Source: Erythrobacteraceae bacterium
Lineage (GTDB): Bacteria > Pseudomonadota > Alphaproteobacteria > Sphingomonadales > Sphingomonadaceae
DNA length: 64,000 nucleotides
Direction: 5' to 3'
NCBI GenBank assembly: GCA_027487015.1
Contig: JAIYEK010000169.1
Coordinates: forward strand, 9,080 to 73,079
Part shown: one piece after another, positions 51,783-60,753 of the stretch
How the letters are laid out: the number at the start of each line of letters is the position of its first letter
How positions within the stretch are numbered: the first letter of the stretch is position 1
The notes under the pieces: model-generated
The model's input: only the letters and a program-made list of their open reading frames with translations
Database searches by the model: none
What the model was told of the DNA's origin: nothing
Position numbers and translations under genes: made by a program

Positions 51783-52783
51783 ACCCCGTCGGAATCCAGA
51801 TAGCTGAGATACCAGTTCTCGCGAACCTCGGCGGGCGTCCCCCGCGCCGACAGGGCACGCCCGCCGAAATTGATCTCGACCGGGCGGAATCGCTCAGGCA
51901 GCGGCAGAAAGCCCGCGCCGCGATAGGCGCGGTAGTTGGGCGACCAGCCGAAACACCACGCCAGCGCGACCTCGGCGCCTTCGCGCGCCAGATGGTGCAG
52001 CTCCGAGCGCATCAACGGGCCGAGCGCCGCGCCGCCCATCGCCTCGAGCACATAGGCGATGCGCGCGCCGTGCCGCTCGACGATCCGCGAGATCACCAGC
52101 GCCCGCGCCTCGCCTTCGCCGAACATGCTTATCCGGTATTCGGGGGCCTGTGGGGCGGCGAAGATGCGGTGATTGAGCGCGGCGGCATCGCGGATCACCG
52201 CGCAGCCGATGGGCGCGCTGAAGCGGGCCCACAACGCATCGGTCTCGGGCCCGAATTCGCGCGGGGAGACATGCGCCACCTTCGCCCCGCGCGCGAGCCG
52301 GAAGGAACCGGGCAGCCGCGCCTTCTTCAGGAAGAACGAGGCATTGAGCGGCCGGACCAGAAACGGCACCTGCCCGAAATTCTTCCAGCCCAACCCGCCG
52401 AACCATGCCGGCGCGGCATTGGCATTGGGAAAGCCCCAAGCCACATCGGCCCCCGCTGCGCTGGCTGCATCGGCAAAGCCCTGCGCCAGCCGGGAGAACA
52501 GGCGCTTGCCGCGCGCTTCTTCGGACACGAAGGAATCCACCGCCTGAAAGGCGATGCCCTCCGCCTCGCCAAGCTTGATGCGCGCGGCGATATTGGCGGA
52601 CAGCCCGATGATCCGGTCCTCGCGGCGGGCGACGCAGAAAGCGGGACAGGGTGCAGCGGGCAGCCCAAAGGTCCATTCCAGAGCGGCCGGCCCTTGCGCG
52701 GCGCGCTCCAGCCCGAATGCGCTGTAGGCTTCCATCAGCGCAGGCGACGTGCGCTCCAGCCCGATGCGGATATCATCGTCCAT
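51779..52783 (-). CDS. GNAT/FemAB-like acyltransferase, function uncertain
   Basis: From ATG 52783 (MDDDIRIGLER...). It has two acyl-CoA N-acyltransferase-like halves and overlaps the deacetylase gene by 4 nt. Confidence 0.45.
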   Translation of the reverse strand: MDDDIRIGLERTSPALMEAYSAFGLERAAQGPAALEWTFGLPAAPCPAFCVARREDRIIGLSANIAARIKLGEAEGIAFQAVDSFVSEEARGKRLFSRLAQGFADAASAAGADVAWGFPNANAAPAWFGGLGWKNFGQVPFLVRPLNASFFLKKARLPGSFRLARGAKVAHVSPREFGPETDALWARFSAPIGCAVIRDAAALNHRIFAAPQAPEYRISMFGEGEARALVISRIVERHGARIAYVLEAMGGAALGPLMRSELHHLAREGAEVALAWCFGWSPNYRAYRGAGFLPLPERFRPVEINFGGRALSARGTPAEVRENWYLSYLDSDGV

Positions 52784-53012
52784 TGGCCCCCACTTTGGCG
52801 CATTCCCGAGCTTGTCTCGCAAGTCTTTTTCCGGACGCCTAACATTTCCTTACAACGCTCTTCGCGCGGAGCAACACCATCGGTGCAGCGTCTGGCGTCA
52901 TGAGGGCATTGCGTCCTCACGGGCGCCGTCGGGACTCCGCCCTAAATCCAACAAATCAGCCGTAATCGTCGCTGGAGCGGCCGCAGCAAGTACAAGTCCT
53001 GCTTGACTCTTT

Positions 53013-54575
53013 TTGCGATTCCTTGAAGCGTACTCGGCGTCGGCGGCAAAGGCAGTACGCCATTGGCAGGATCGGTGCGGGGGAGCCGCCAGAATGACCA
53101 GCACCTTGGGTAAGGGCCTGCCTGACAGGTCGCAGGACCAGGACGAGGTCGCGGCGTCACACCCGCCTGCGCATCGCGCGATTCGCCGCCCGGGCATGGA
53201 CGAAGCGGCGGGTGAGCCCGGGCTGATGCTGGTCGCCGCAGCGAATGCCGAGGCAAAACCCGAACAGGCCGGTGACGATACCGTGCTGGCCGAGATGGCA
53301 TCCGGCCCCAATCACCGCCGCGCCGCGCTGGTCAGGCGATTCGAACTGCCGCTGCTGCTGATCGCCGGGCTCGGACCGGCCCTCGTCGCCTGGGCGGGCT
53401 GGGGCCGCGCTTTCTTTACCGAGAGTTTCGAAGAGACCACGGCGGTGCTGGTCAGCGCGATCGTGCTGTCCTGGTACATCCTCTACCAGCTCAAGGACCA
53501 CCCCAACGCGCGGCGCCTGTCCTATGTGCTGCCGGTCAATCTCGCAGTGTTTTCGGCCCTTCTGGCGCTGGTGGCCTTGCTGCGGATTCCTTACTCTGGC
53601 TCCTACTTCACCGTCGGCGCGGTCTGCGCTGTCGCGGCGAGCTTTCTGACCGCGGTCTACGAACGGCGCCTGGAGAAGCTGCACCTCGTCGTGCCGGGCG
53701 GGCGGGCGGAGGAAATCTTGCTCGACAGCCAGTACCGCGTCGCGCCGCCCGCCGCCGCGATTGAACGGATGATCGAGACCGGCTGGCGGGAATGGGCAAT
53801 CGTCGCCGATTTGCACCACCCCCATTCCGAGCCGACCGAGCGCGTCTTTGCCAAGGCCGCGCTGGCCGGCATTCCCGTCTATCACTTCCGCACCATCGCC
53901 GAGGCACAGACCGGGCAGGTCAGGATCACGCACCTGAGCGAGAACGATCTCGGCTCGCTGATCCCCAATCTGCCTTATCTGGCCGTCAAACGCGTGATCG
54001 ACATCATCGGCGCGCTGGTGTTGATGCCGCTGTGCCTGCCGCTGTTCGCAGTACTCGCGCTGCTGATCCGACTGGACTCGCCCGGTCGCGCCTTCTTCAT
54101 CCAGGAGCGCATGGGCTATCGCGGGCGGACGTTCCGGATCATCAAGTTCCGCACCATGCGTGACATCAGCGAAGGCTCCGGCACACCCGAGGACCGCGAA
54201 TCCGCCAAGACCCGTTCGGACGATGACCGGATCACCCGGATCGGACGGTTCATGCGCACATCGCGGCTCGACGAATTGCCCCAGATCTTCAACGTGCTGC
54301 GCGGCGAGATGAGCATCATCGGCCCGCGCCCTGAGGCATGCGCCTTGTCGGCGTGGTACGATGCCGAACTGCCATTCTACCCCTATCGCCACATCGTGCG
54401 GCCCGGCATTACCGGCTGGGCGCAGGTCAACCAAGGCCACGTTACCGAAGTTTCGGACGTCCTCAACAAGCTGCGCTTCGATTTTTACTACATCAAGAAC
54501 ATCTCCCTTTGGCTCGACCTGTTGATTGCGCTCAAGACCGTCCGGGTGATGGTGCAGGGTCACGGGGCGAGGTGA
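53013..54575 (+). CDS. polyprenyl-phosphate glycosyl-1-phosphate (priming) transferase, WbaP/EpsB-like
   Basis: The C-terminal bacterial sugar transferase domain reads KRVIDIIGALVLMPLCLPLF..., RIIKFRTM, RLDELPQIFNVLRGEMSIIGPRP and GITGWAQV. The true start may be an internal ATG. Confidence 0.88.
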   Translation: MRFLEAYSASAAKAVRHWQDRCGGAARMTSTLGKGLPDRSQDQDEVAASHPPAHRAIRRPGMDEAAGEPGLMLVAAANAEAKPEQAGDDTVLAEMASGPNHRRAALVRRFELPLLLIAGLGPALVAWAGWGRAFFTESFEETTAVLVSAIVLSWYILYQLKDHPNARRLSYVLPVNLAVFSALLALVALLRIPYSGSYFTVGAVCAVAASFLTAVYERRLEKLHLVVPGGRAEEILLDSQYRVAPPAAAIERMIETGWREWAIVADLHHPHSEPTERVFAKAALAGIPVYHFRTIAEAQTGQVRITHLSENDLGSLIPNLPYLAVKRVIDIIGALVLMPLCLPLFAVLALLIRLDSPGRAFFIQERMGYRGRTFRIIKFRTMRDISEGSGTPEDRESAKTRSDDDRITRIGRFMRTSRLDELPQIFNVLRGEMSIIGPRPEACALSAWYDAELPFYPYRHIVRPGITGWAQVNQGHVTEVSDVLNKLRFDFYYIKNISLWLDLLIALKTVRVMVQGHGAR

Positions 54576-54851
54576 ACCACGGCAAGATTTCGTAATCCGC
54601 TCCGCCTTGCTCGCAAGGTCGTCGAGCCGGACGGGCAGGCTCGTCAGGTGCTGTGATTTTCATGTCCGTTTTGCTGTATCCCAAAGAAGGTATGGCAATT
54701 GACAAGTCCCGGAGGCGCGAGCACATTCCGGCCCGCGCGGGGGCGAACACACACCGGAACGAAGATTTTTCCGGCTGGCTACTCCAGCGACGGGGTCTGC
54801 TACGTGTCTTTGCGGGCCCTGCATCAGAGCTATGCCAAGTGAGGAGCTATC

Positions 54852-55436
54852 ATGTCAGAACCATTTCTCGGTCAGATCATCCAGGGCGGCTGGAACTTTT
54901 CACCGCGCGGCTATGCCTTTTGCAATGGCCAGTTGATTTCGATTGCCCAGAACACGGCGCTGTTCGCGTTGCTGGGGACAACCTACGGCGGCAACGGCCA
55001 GACGACCTTCGCACTGCCCGATCTGCAAGGTCGCAGCATGGTTCATTGGGGGAACGGCGCGGGCCTGACCCCTGTTACGCTCGGAGAAGAGGGCGGCGCC
55101 GAAAATGTCACCCTGCTTACCAGCCAGATGCCGGCGCACACCCACGCAGTAACTGCGAACCCCAATGCCTTCAACGCGGCGACCTCCAGAGGGACCAGCC
55201 AGAGCCCGTCAACCGGGGCGATTTTCGGTCGCGGCGTCGACTCCGGTGCCGGCGATTCCATTCCGCAAATCTTTCTGCCAGCCGGCACCACACCCACGGT
55301 CGCGCTCGGGCTCAACATCGCCGGGTCGATCAACCTCGGCGTCACGGGCGGCAGCACGCCCGTCGCGATCCGCAACCCTTATCTGGCGGTGTCGGTGTGC
55401 ATTGCGCTGGAAGGCATCTTCCCCTCACGCAACTGA
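54852..55436 (+). CDS. phage tail-collar domain protein (MdpB-like)
   Basis: MSEPFLGQIIQGGWNFSPRGYAFCNGQLISIAQNTALFALLGTTYGGNGQTTFALPDLQGR is the canonical tail-collar signature. A strong SD (GAGGAG) precedes the ATG. Confidence 0.9.
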   Translation: MSEPFLGQIIQGGWNFSPRGYAFCNGQLISIAQNTALFALLGTTYGGNGQTTFALPDLQGRSMVHWGNGAGLTPVTLGEEGGAENVTLLTSQMPAHTHAVTANPNAFNAATSRGTSQSPSTGAIFGRGVDSGAGDSIPQIFLPAGTTPTVALGLNIAGSINLGVTGGSTPVAIRNPYLAVSVCIALEGIFPSRN

Positions 55437-55448
55437 TGCGCAATGGTC

Positions 55449-55481
55449 GGTCCGGGCTGCGCCATCGCAGCGGCCCGGACC
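55449..55481. terminator. GC-rich bulged hairpin between convergent genes
   Basis: GGTCCGGGC (55449-55457) pairs with GCCCGGACC (55473-55481), with an additional inner pairing TGCG/CGCA. There is no clear U-tract. Confidence 0.35.
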
Positions 55482-55487
55482 GGCACT

Positions 55488-55811
55488 TCAGTTGAAGATT
55501 GCCTGATAATACTGACCCGGCACTTCCGAATCCATCGGCTGCGCGATAGGGATGATGTAGACAAGATCGGGCCCCCACTCGCCGCAGCGCAGCCGATAGG
55601 TCGCCTCGACCAGTTGCACTTCGGGCTTGCTCCGGAAAATCAGGATAAAGGGCAGGCGTTCGATAAAGGTCGCATGGTGCTTCAGCGGGGTGGCCGAAAC
55701 AAGCACCAGCTCAGCCGGATGCGGCTCGCAATCGGCGAGCAGCACCTGCCCGACCATCGGGACGAATTCTTGGAGGTGAATCGCGCGCGGGATAATTTCG
55801 TCGTTGTTCAT
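55488..55811 (-). CDS. small hypothetical protein, convergent with the tail-collar gene
   Basis: A 107-aa ORF, MNNDEIIPRAIHLQEFVPMVGQVLLAD..., with plausible codon usage. Confidence 0.5.
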   Translation of the reverse strand: MNNDEIIPRAIHLQEFVPMVGQVLLADCEPHPAELVLVSATPLKHHATFIERLPFILIFRSKPEVQLVEATYRLRCGEWGPDLVYIIPIAQPMDSEVPGQYYQAIFN

Positions 55812-55885
55812 GAGAACCAGTTACCGCAACCGGCCATCGGGGCAAGCCACAAGCGCCGGAGAATGGTGAAGGAGTCTGCGGGACC

Positions 55886-56401
55886 GTGACTGATCCGGAC
55901 ATCGCCGCCCATGCCTTCGATCTGGCCTTCGCGCAGCGCGCGCCCGCTCTGCACATCGCCCCCGAAACCGATTCCGACCGTGCGGCGCTGCGCGATCTGT
56001 TTGCGTCCTGCTCACCGCTCGGCGACCTCCTTGCAGGCCCGCTCCTAGAGATGCAGTTCTCCAGTCAGGACGCGACCATGCGGGCAACACGGCCGCTGGC
56101 CATGCGCCGCGTGGTGCGGCTCTCCGGCGCGCTGATCGCGCGGATCATTGTCGACTGGCAGGTGCCCGGCGAAAGCTACGGCGTGGACATCGCCGTGCAC
56201 CCCGATCACCGAAACAGCGGAGCGGGGCTCGCCATGCTGCGCGCCTGGCTGGCGGTGGCTGACGCGCAGGGCCGCACCTGCTCGCTCGACGTGATCGCCA
56301 ATAACACTGCACGCAGGATTTATCGAAGGCTGGGGTTCGTCGAAGAGCCGTGCGAAGCGAATGATGCCTATCGGAGCATGTCGCGGCCTGCGCCGCGCTG
56401 A
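55886..56401 (+). CDS. GNAT-family N-acetyltransferase
   Basis: GVDIAVHPDHRNSGAGLAMLRAWLAVADAQGRTCSLDVIANNTARRIYRRLGFVE is the acetyl-CoA binding motif A. The start is GTG. Confidence 0.75.
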   Translation: MTDPDIAAHAFDLAFAQRAPALHIAPETDSDRAALRDLFASCSPLGDLLAGPLLEMQFSSQDATMRATRPLAMRRVVRLSGALIARIIVDWQVPGESYGVDIAVHPDHRNSGAGLAMLRAWLAVADAQGRTCSLDVIANNTARRIYRRLGFVEEPCEANDAYRSMSRPAPR

Positions 56402-56546
56402 CCCAGCCAAGCCGGCTGCCGCAAACTGCCTTGTTCGGCATTACTGTCGCCGCAATGGTAGTGTCCGCAAGAAGCAGGCGACCGTGCCATAGCGCCTCAT
56501 GCTGTTCCCGCCGCCAGATACGTTCACACGATCAGACTGGACCCAT

Positions 56547-57397
56547 TGATGTGCTCCCCTGGAATGTGACCGATTTTGAGTAGAGTCCGACGCGAAGGAG
56601 TCGGACGGATATGAAGCGGAGCAGGTTCAGCGAAGAGCAGATCATCGCGATCTTGAAGGAGCAGGAGGCCGGGATGGCGAAGGCGGACCTGTGCGTCACG
56701 GGATCAGTTCGGCGACTGCGCGCGCTCGAGGACGAGAACGCGAAGCTGAAGAATCGGCTCCGGGTAAATCGCGAAGAGAACCTGCGGGTCCGTCGCCGCG
56801 GGCGCCGATGGTGCTGCCGGATGGACCGAACCAGCGCTGGTCACTGGACTTCGTCTCTGACACCCTTACGTGCAGCCGCCGGCTCCGCATCTTGTGCGTG
56901 GTCGACGACTATCTGCGCGAATGCCTGGCGTTGGTGGCCGACACGTCGCTATTGGGCGTGCGGGTCGCGCGGAAACTGACGCGGCTGATCGGGATACGGC
57001 GCAAGCCGCATACGGTTGTGAGCGACAACGGCACCGAGCTGAACTCGTCGGCCATCCTGCGCTGATCGCAGGAGCGGCTGGTCGAGTGGCACTCCATCGC
57101 GCCGGGTAAGCCGATGCAGAACGGCTTCGTCAAAAGCTTTAACGGTGGCTTGCGCGACGAATGCCTCAACGAGACCCTACTCACGTCGCTACCGCATGCC
57201 CGGTTCGTGCTGAATGCCTGGCAGCACGACTACAACCACATCAGGCCACACTCGAAACTAGGCGGGCGAACCCCCGCCGAGAAAGCCGGCGAACATGTCT
57301 GGGGGCATGCCCCCAGACATGTTGCCATCACCTCAACCAACCATCATGGAGGAGCCGGGCTCTACCTCTGACTGGTAACAATCAGGGGAGCACGTCA
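56547..57397 (+). mobile_element. internally deleted, frameshifted IS3-family element (pseudogenised orfA/orfB)
   Basis: The terminal inverted repeats are TGATGTGCTCCCCTGGAATGTGACC (56547-) and the complement of ...CAGGGGAGCACGTCA (to 57397). orfA begins MKRSRFSEEQIIAILKEQEAG and then has a deletion. orfB fragments are PNQRWSLDFVSD...VVSDNGTELNSSAILR(stop), then [29 protein letters not shown]...[12 protein letters not shown]. The element is about 850 bp, against the ~1.2-1.3 kb expected. Confidence 0.8.
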
Positions 57398-57569
57398 GGT
57401 CACACCTGAGCTGAGCATAAAAGGTATGCTCCACCCTCGCATGTCTATCATTGCACCTATCCGCATGAAGCCGAGGGCAAGCGGATCTGCGTCGCGTTCG
57501 ATCTGAAAGCGTGATCTTCAGACGGGTCAGCCGGTCAGGCGAATCGCGTCAGACCACCTGATTCGTGCT

Positions 57570-57600
57570 GAAAAAGAAAACGCCCCCGACTTGCGGGGGC
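57570..57600 (-). terminator. rho-independent terminator of the small minus-strand gene
   Basis: On the minus strand: GCCCCC-GCAAGTC-GGGGGC followed by GTTTTCTTTTTC, 30 nt after the stop at 57631. Confidence 0.75.
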
Positions 57601-57630
57601 ATTCTCGAAAACCATTGAGGGTCGGATCGA

Positions 57631-57846
57631 TCAGGGGCTCAGCGGCTCGTCATCACCCGAGAGAGCGACGATACCTCCAATGACGGCCGCCGCCACAACA
57701 ACACCGATGATCACGGTTTCGCTGGACTGGCCGGTCTCGTCACCCGAGAGCGGAGCGACGACCGGAACGAAATTCGACTGTGCAACAACCGGTGCCGCCA
57801 TAAGGGCAACAGCAGCCAATCCGAGGGAGATCTTACCGAGCGTCAT
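57631..57846 (-). CDS. small secreted/anchored protein (signal peptide plus C-terminal hydrophobic segment)
   Basis: MTLGKISLGLAAVALMAAPVVAQS is signal-like. The C-terminal TM segment is VIIGVVVAAAVIGGIVAL. A good terminator follows. Confidence 0.55.
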   Translation of the reverse strand: MTLGKISLGLAAVALMAAPVVAQSNFVPVVAPLSGDETGQSSETVIIGVVVAAAVIGGIVALSGDDEPLSP

Positions 57847-59028
57847 ATTATTCTCCGACTAAGTCGTTCGGGCGTTTCTTACTGCTGACTCCCTATCAAC
57901 GCAACCATAAAATCCCGTAAATCCTCAATAAGGAGTCTTACGGCTTGCTTGGCGGACCCAATGCCTTGTGATAGGCCGAGCCCGAACGGGAACAGCGATA
58001 GGGTAGTTAAGGCGGGCGGTCAGCTGTGGGCGCGAAGTGACGATTTGGTGGACTTTGACGTGACGCCCAGCTTTCCCCCAGCTGGGATTAGAGCCGAGTG
58101 GTTGTTTTGCGCATGAGCGCGGTTGAAGCAATGGCGTGCGTAGCGGAGCCCGCAGGGCGTAGCGAAGCAGACCATCCCTTGTCCAGTTCGGCGGCGAACG
58201 CCGCCGGGGTGGCGTAGCCAAGGGACGAGTGCGGTCTCTCTTGGTTGTAACCCTCGACCCAAGCGGCGATCTCGACCCGAGCATGGGCCATGCTGAGGAA
58301 CAGGGTCTCGTTCAGCAGTTCGTCGCGCATGCGGCCATTGACCCGAGGGGCGGCGCAGCCAACCTCTCAATGTAGCAATTTTGCATCGGCTTGCCCGGAG
58401 CGATGTAATGCCACTCCACCCCGATCTCCGCTACCCAAGCCAGGACGGCATTGCTGGTGAGCTCGGAGCCCTTATCGCTTACGATCATGCCGGGCTTGTC
58501 CCGCTGGGCGATCAGCCGGGTAAGCTCACGCACGGCGCGGTGTCCGGAGATCAAGGTGTCCGGCACCGCCGTCAGGCACTCTCTGGTCACATCATCGACC
58601 ACGTTGAGCACCCGGAACCGTCTGCCAGAAGCCATCTAGTCGTGAACGAAGTCGAGGCTCCAGCGCTGCTTCGCAAGTGCCAGCACTGGAGCCGGCGCTC
58701 TCGTGCCGACAGCACACGCCTGCGGCTGCGTCGTCGCCACACTGCAAGCCCGTCCTCCCGATACAGCCGCTGGGTCTTCTTGCGGTTGATCATCACGCCC
58801 TCCCGGCCCAGCAGGATATGCAGCCGGCGGTAGCCAAACCGGCGGCGTTGGTTGGCCAGCTCGCGCAGCTTCTCGCGAAGTGCACCATCATCGTCCCGGG
58901 TTGAACGGTAACGCACGCTCTTGCGATCGACATCGATGACACGGCACGCCCGCCGCTCGCTCATAGCGTGGCAAGCCTGAAGATGAGCGGCAGCTTCTCG
59001 CTTCGCGGCGGGCGTCAGCACTAATGGG

Positions 59029-60370
59029 ATGACCCGCCCTGTCCTTCCATGCACATTCGGCGGATCGAGAAGGAGGTAATTATGAGCATACGCAACCAAC
59101 CAAGACATGCAGCCGTCTTCGGCATCGATATTGGCAAGACGGTCTTTCACGTTGTCGGGCTCGATGCCGGCCACGCGCCCATCCAGAAGGCGACGTTCAG
59201 GCGGGAGACGTTGCTGCAGTTCTTCGAGCGGGCGTCGCCTGTGCTGGTCGGGATGGAAGCATGCCCCGGCTCGCAGTGGCTGGCGCGCAAGCTCCGAACG
59301 ATGGGGCATACGGTCCGGATCGTTCCGGCGCAGTTCGTGAAGCCCTTTGTGAAGTCGAACAAGAACGACATCATCGATGCAGAGGCCATCGCAGAAGCCG
59401 TAACGAGACCGACGATGCGCTTCGTCGAGATCCGGACTCCGGAGCAGATCGACCTGCAAGCACTGCACCGGGTTCGCGACCGGATGATCGCCCACCGAAC
59501 AAGGCTGATCAGCCAGATGCGCGCTTTCTGTCTCGAGTACGGCATCGCGATCCATCAGGGCGCGGGCAAGTTCAAAACCGAGATACCCCGCGTTCTGGCG
59601 GATGAGACCAATGAGCTCACCCCTTCGATGCGCCGCATCCTGACGGAGGTTCACAGCGAGATGATGGAGCTCGAACAGCGTATTGCAGCCATGAACAACG
59701 AGATCGATGCCATCGCCGCGCGCAGCGATACCGCACGTCGCCTGATGACTGTGCCGGGCATCGGCCCATTAGCCTCAACCGCTCTGCTGGCGGCGGCCGG
59801 TTCCGGACGCCAGTTCCGCAAGGCTCGTGATCTCGCTGCCTGGCTCGGCTTGGTGCCGCGCGAACACTCGACCGGTGGGAAGACCAAGCTGCTCGGCATC
59901 AGCAAACGCGGCAATAAATACCTGCGAAGGATGATCGTCCATGGTGCACGATCCTGCGTTACGCATCTCGACAGAAGTAGGGACCGATTGGGGCCATGGC
60001 TCGATGGGCTTGAGCGCAGAATGCACAAGAACAAAGTCACGGTCGCCTTGGCAGCCAAGATCGCCCGTATTGTCTGGGTGATCCTGACCAAGCAGGGTGC
60101 CACCTACGAGCGGCGAGTTCCAGCGTTGGGCTGAACGGCGCCGCCACCAACTGCGAGGTTCGTGATAGTGATGACGAGACAGTGGACCAGCGCATCGTAA
60201 GCCCCGTCAAAAAAGCGGGCAAAAAGCCCGAAGCATTTATCTGGGAACGAGGCGCGCGGATCTCATCAAGGCCTGGCCGCAACAGCGGCCCACTCGCGAG
60301 AGGCCGGATACATTTGTGCAGACTGGCACCGTCAACACCGATCGACCCTTGCATGGACAGGGCGGGTCAT
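59029..60370 (+). mobile_element. IS110-family insertion sequence with 16-bp inverted ends
   Basis: ATGACCCGCCCTGTCC (59029-59044) and its exact complement GGACAGGGCGGGTCAT (60355-60370) bracket a single DEDD-type transposase gene. The boundaries are approximate to a few nt. Confidence 0.75.
59082..60134 (+). CDS. IS110-family transposase
   Basis: From ATG 59082, with GAAGGAGG 7 nt upstream: MSIRNQPRHAAVFGIDIGKTVFHVVGLD..., VGMEACPGSQW, NDIIDAEAIAEA, and the C-terminal LMTVPGIGPLASTALLAAAG...LGLVPREHSTGGK. Confidence 0.92.
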   Translation: MSIRNQPRHAAVFGIDIGKTVFHVVGLDAGHAPIQKATFRRETLLQFFERASPVLVGMEACPGSQWLARKLRTMGHTVRIVPAQFVKPFVKSNKNDIIDAEAIAEAVTRPTMRFVEIRTPEQIDLQALHRVRDRMIAHRTRLISQMRAFCLEYGIAIHQGAGKFKTEIPRVLADETNELTPSMRRILTEVHSEMMELEQRIAAMNNEIDAIAARSDTARRLMTVPGIGPLASTALLAAAGSGRQFRKARDLAAWLGLVPREHSTGGKTKLLGISKRGNKYLRRMIVHGARSCVTHLDRSRDRLGPWLDGLERRMHKNKVTVALAAKIARIVWVILTKQGATYERRVPALG

Positions 60371-60753
60371 ACATTTTTTGAAAGCAGCTCCTCCAGCGCT
60401 ATGTTGTCAACCATCGCATCGGCCAGCAGACGTTTGAGCTTCGCGTTCTCGCTCTCGAGCTCCCGCAAATCGCCGTGCTTCGGACACCTCCAGCCCGCCA
60501 TACTTGGCCTTCCAGTTGTAGATCGTCGCTTCCGACACACCGTGACGCCGGGCAAGATCAGCGGTGTTCGCGCCCGCCTCCGCCTCCATCAGCACCCCGA
60601 TAATCTGCTCTTCCGAAAACCTTGCACGCTTCATCGTCTGTCCTTCCTTCAGGCCAGACTCTAATCGCTCGTCGAGGAAAATCAGGGGGGCACGTCAATT
60701 GGGATATCGGAACGGGCTGGCTGATTTGCTTGGGCGCGGCATTCTCCCCTGCC

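Larger units (their letters stand above)
58056..60697 (-). mobile_element. IS3-family element (second copy), frameshifted and split by an IS110-family insertion
   Basis: The end sequences are TGACGTGACGCCCAG (58056-) and CAGGGGGGCACGTCA (to 60697). orfA runs 60634 to 60367 (MKRARFSEEQIIGVLMEAEAG..., with a frameshift before LRELESENAKLKRLLADAM...LLSKNV). orfB pieces run 59030 to 58088 (LTPAAKREAAAHL..., RFRVLNVVDDVTRECL..., [16 protein letters not shown], then shifted to DELLNETLF...ERPHSSLGYATP). Confidence 0.8.

Noticed and set aside
53157-54563. 468-aa ORF on the minus strand
   Set aside because: It is antisense to the priming sugar transferase, whose C-terminal domain is unmistakable.
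58587-59654. 355-aa minus-strand ORF
   Set aside because: It is a chimeric read-through. Its C-terminal part is the IS3 orfB N-terminus, and its N-terminal part is antisense to the IS110 transposase across the insertion junction.
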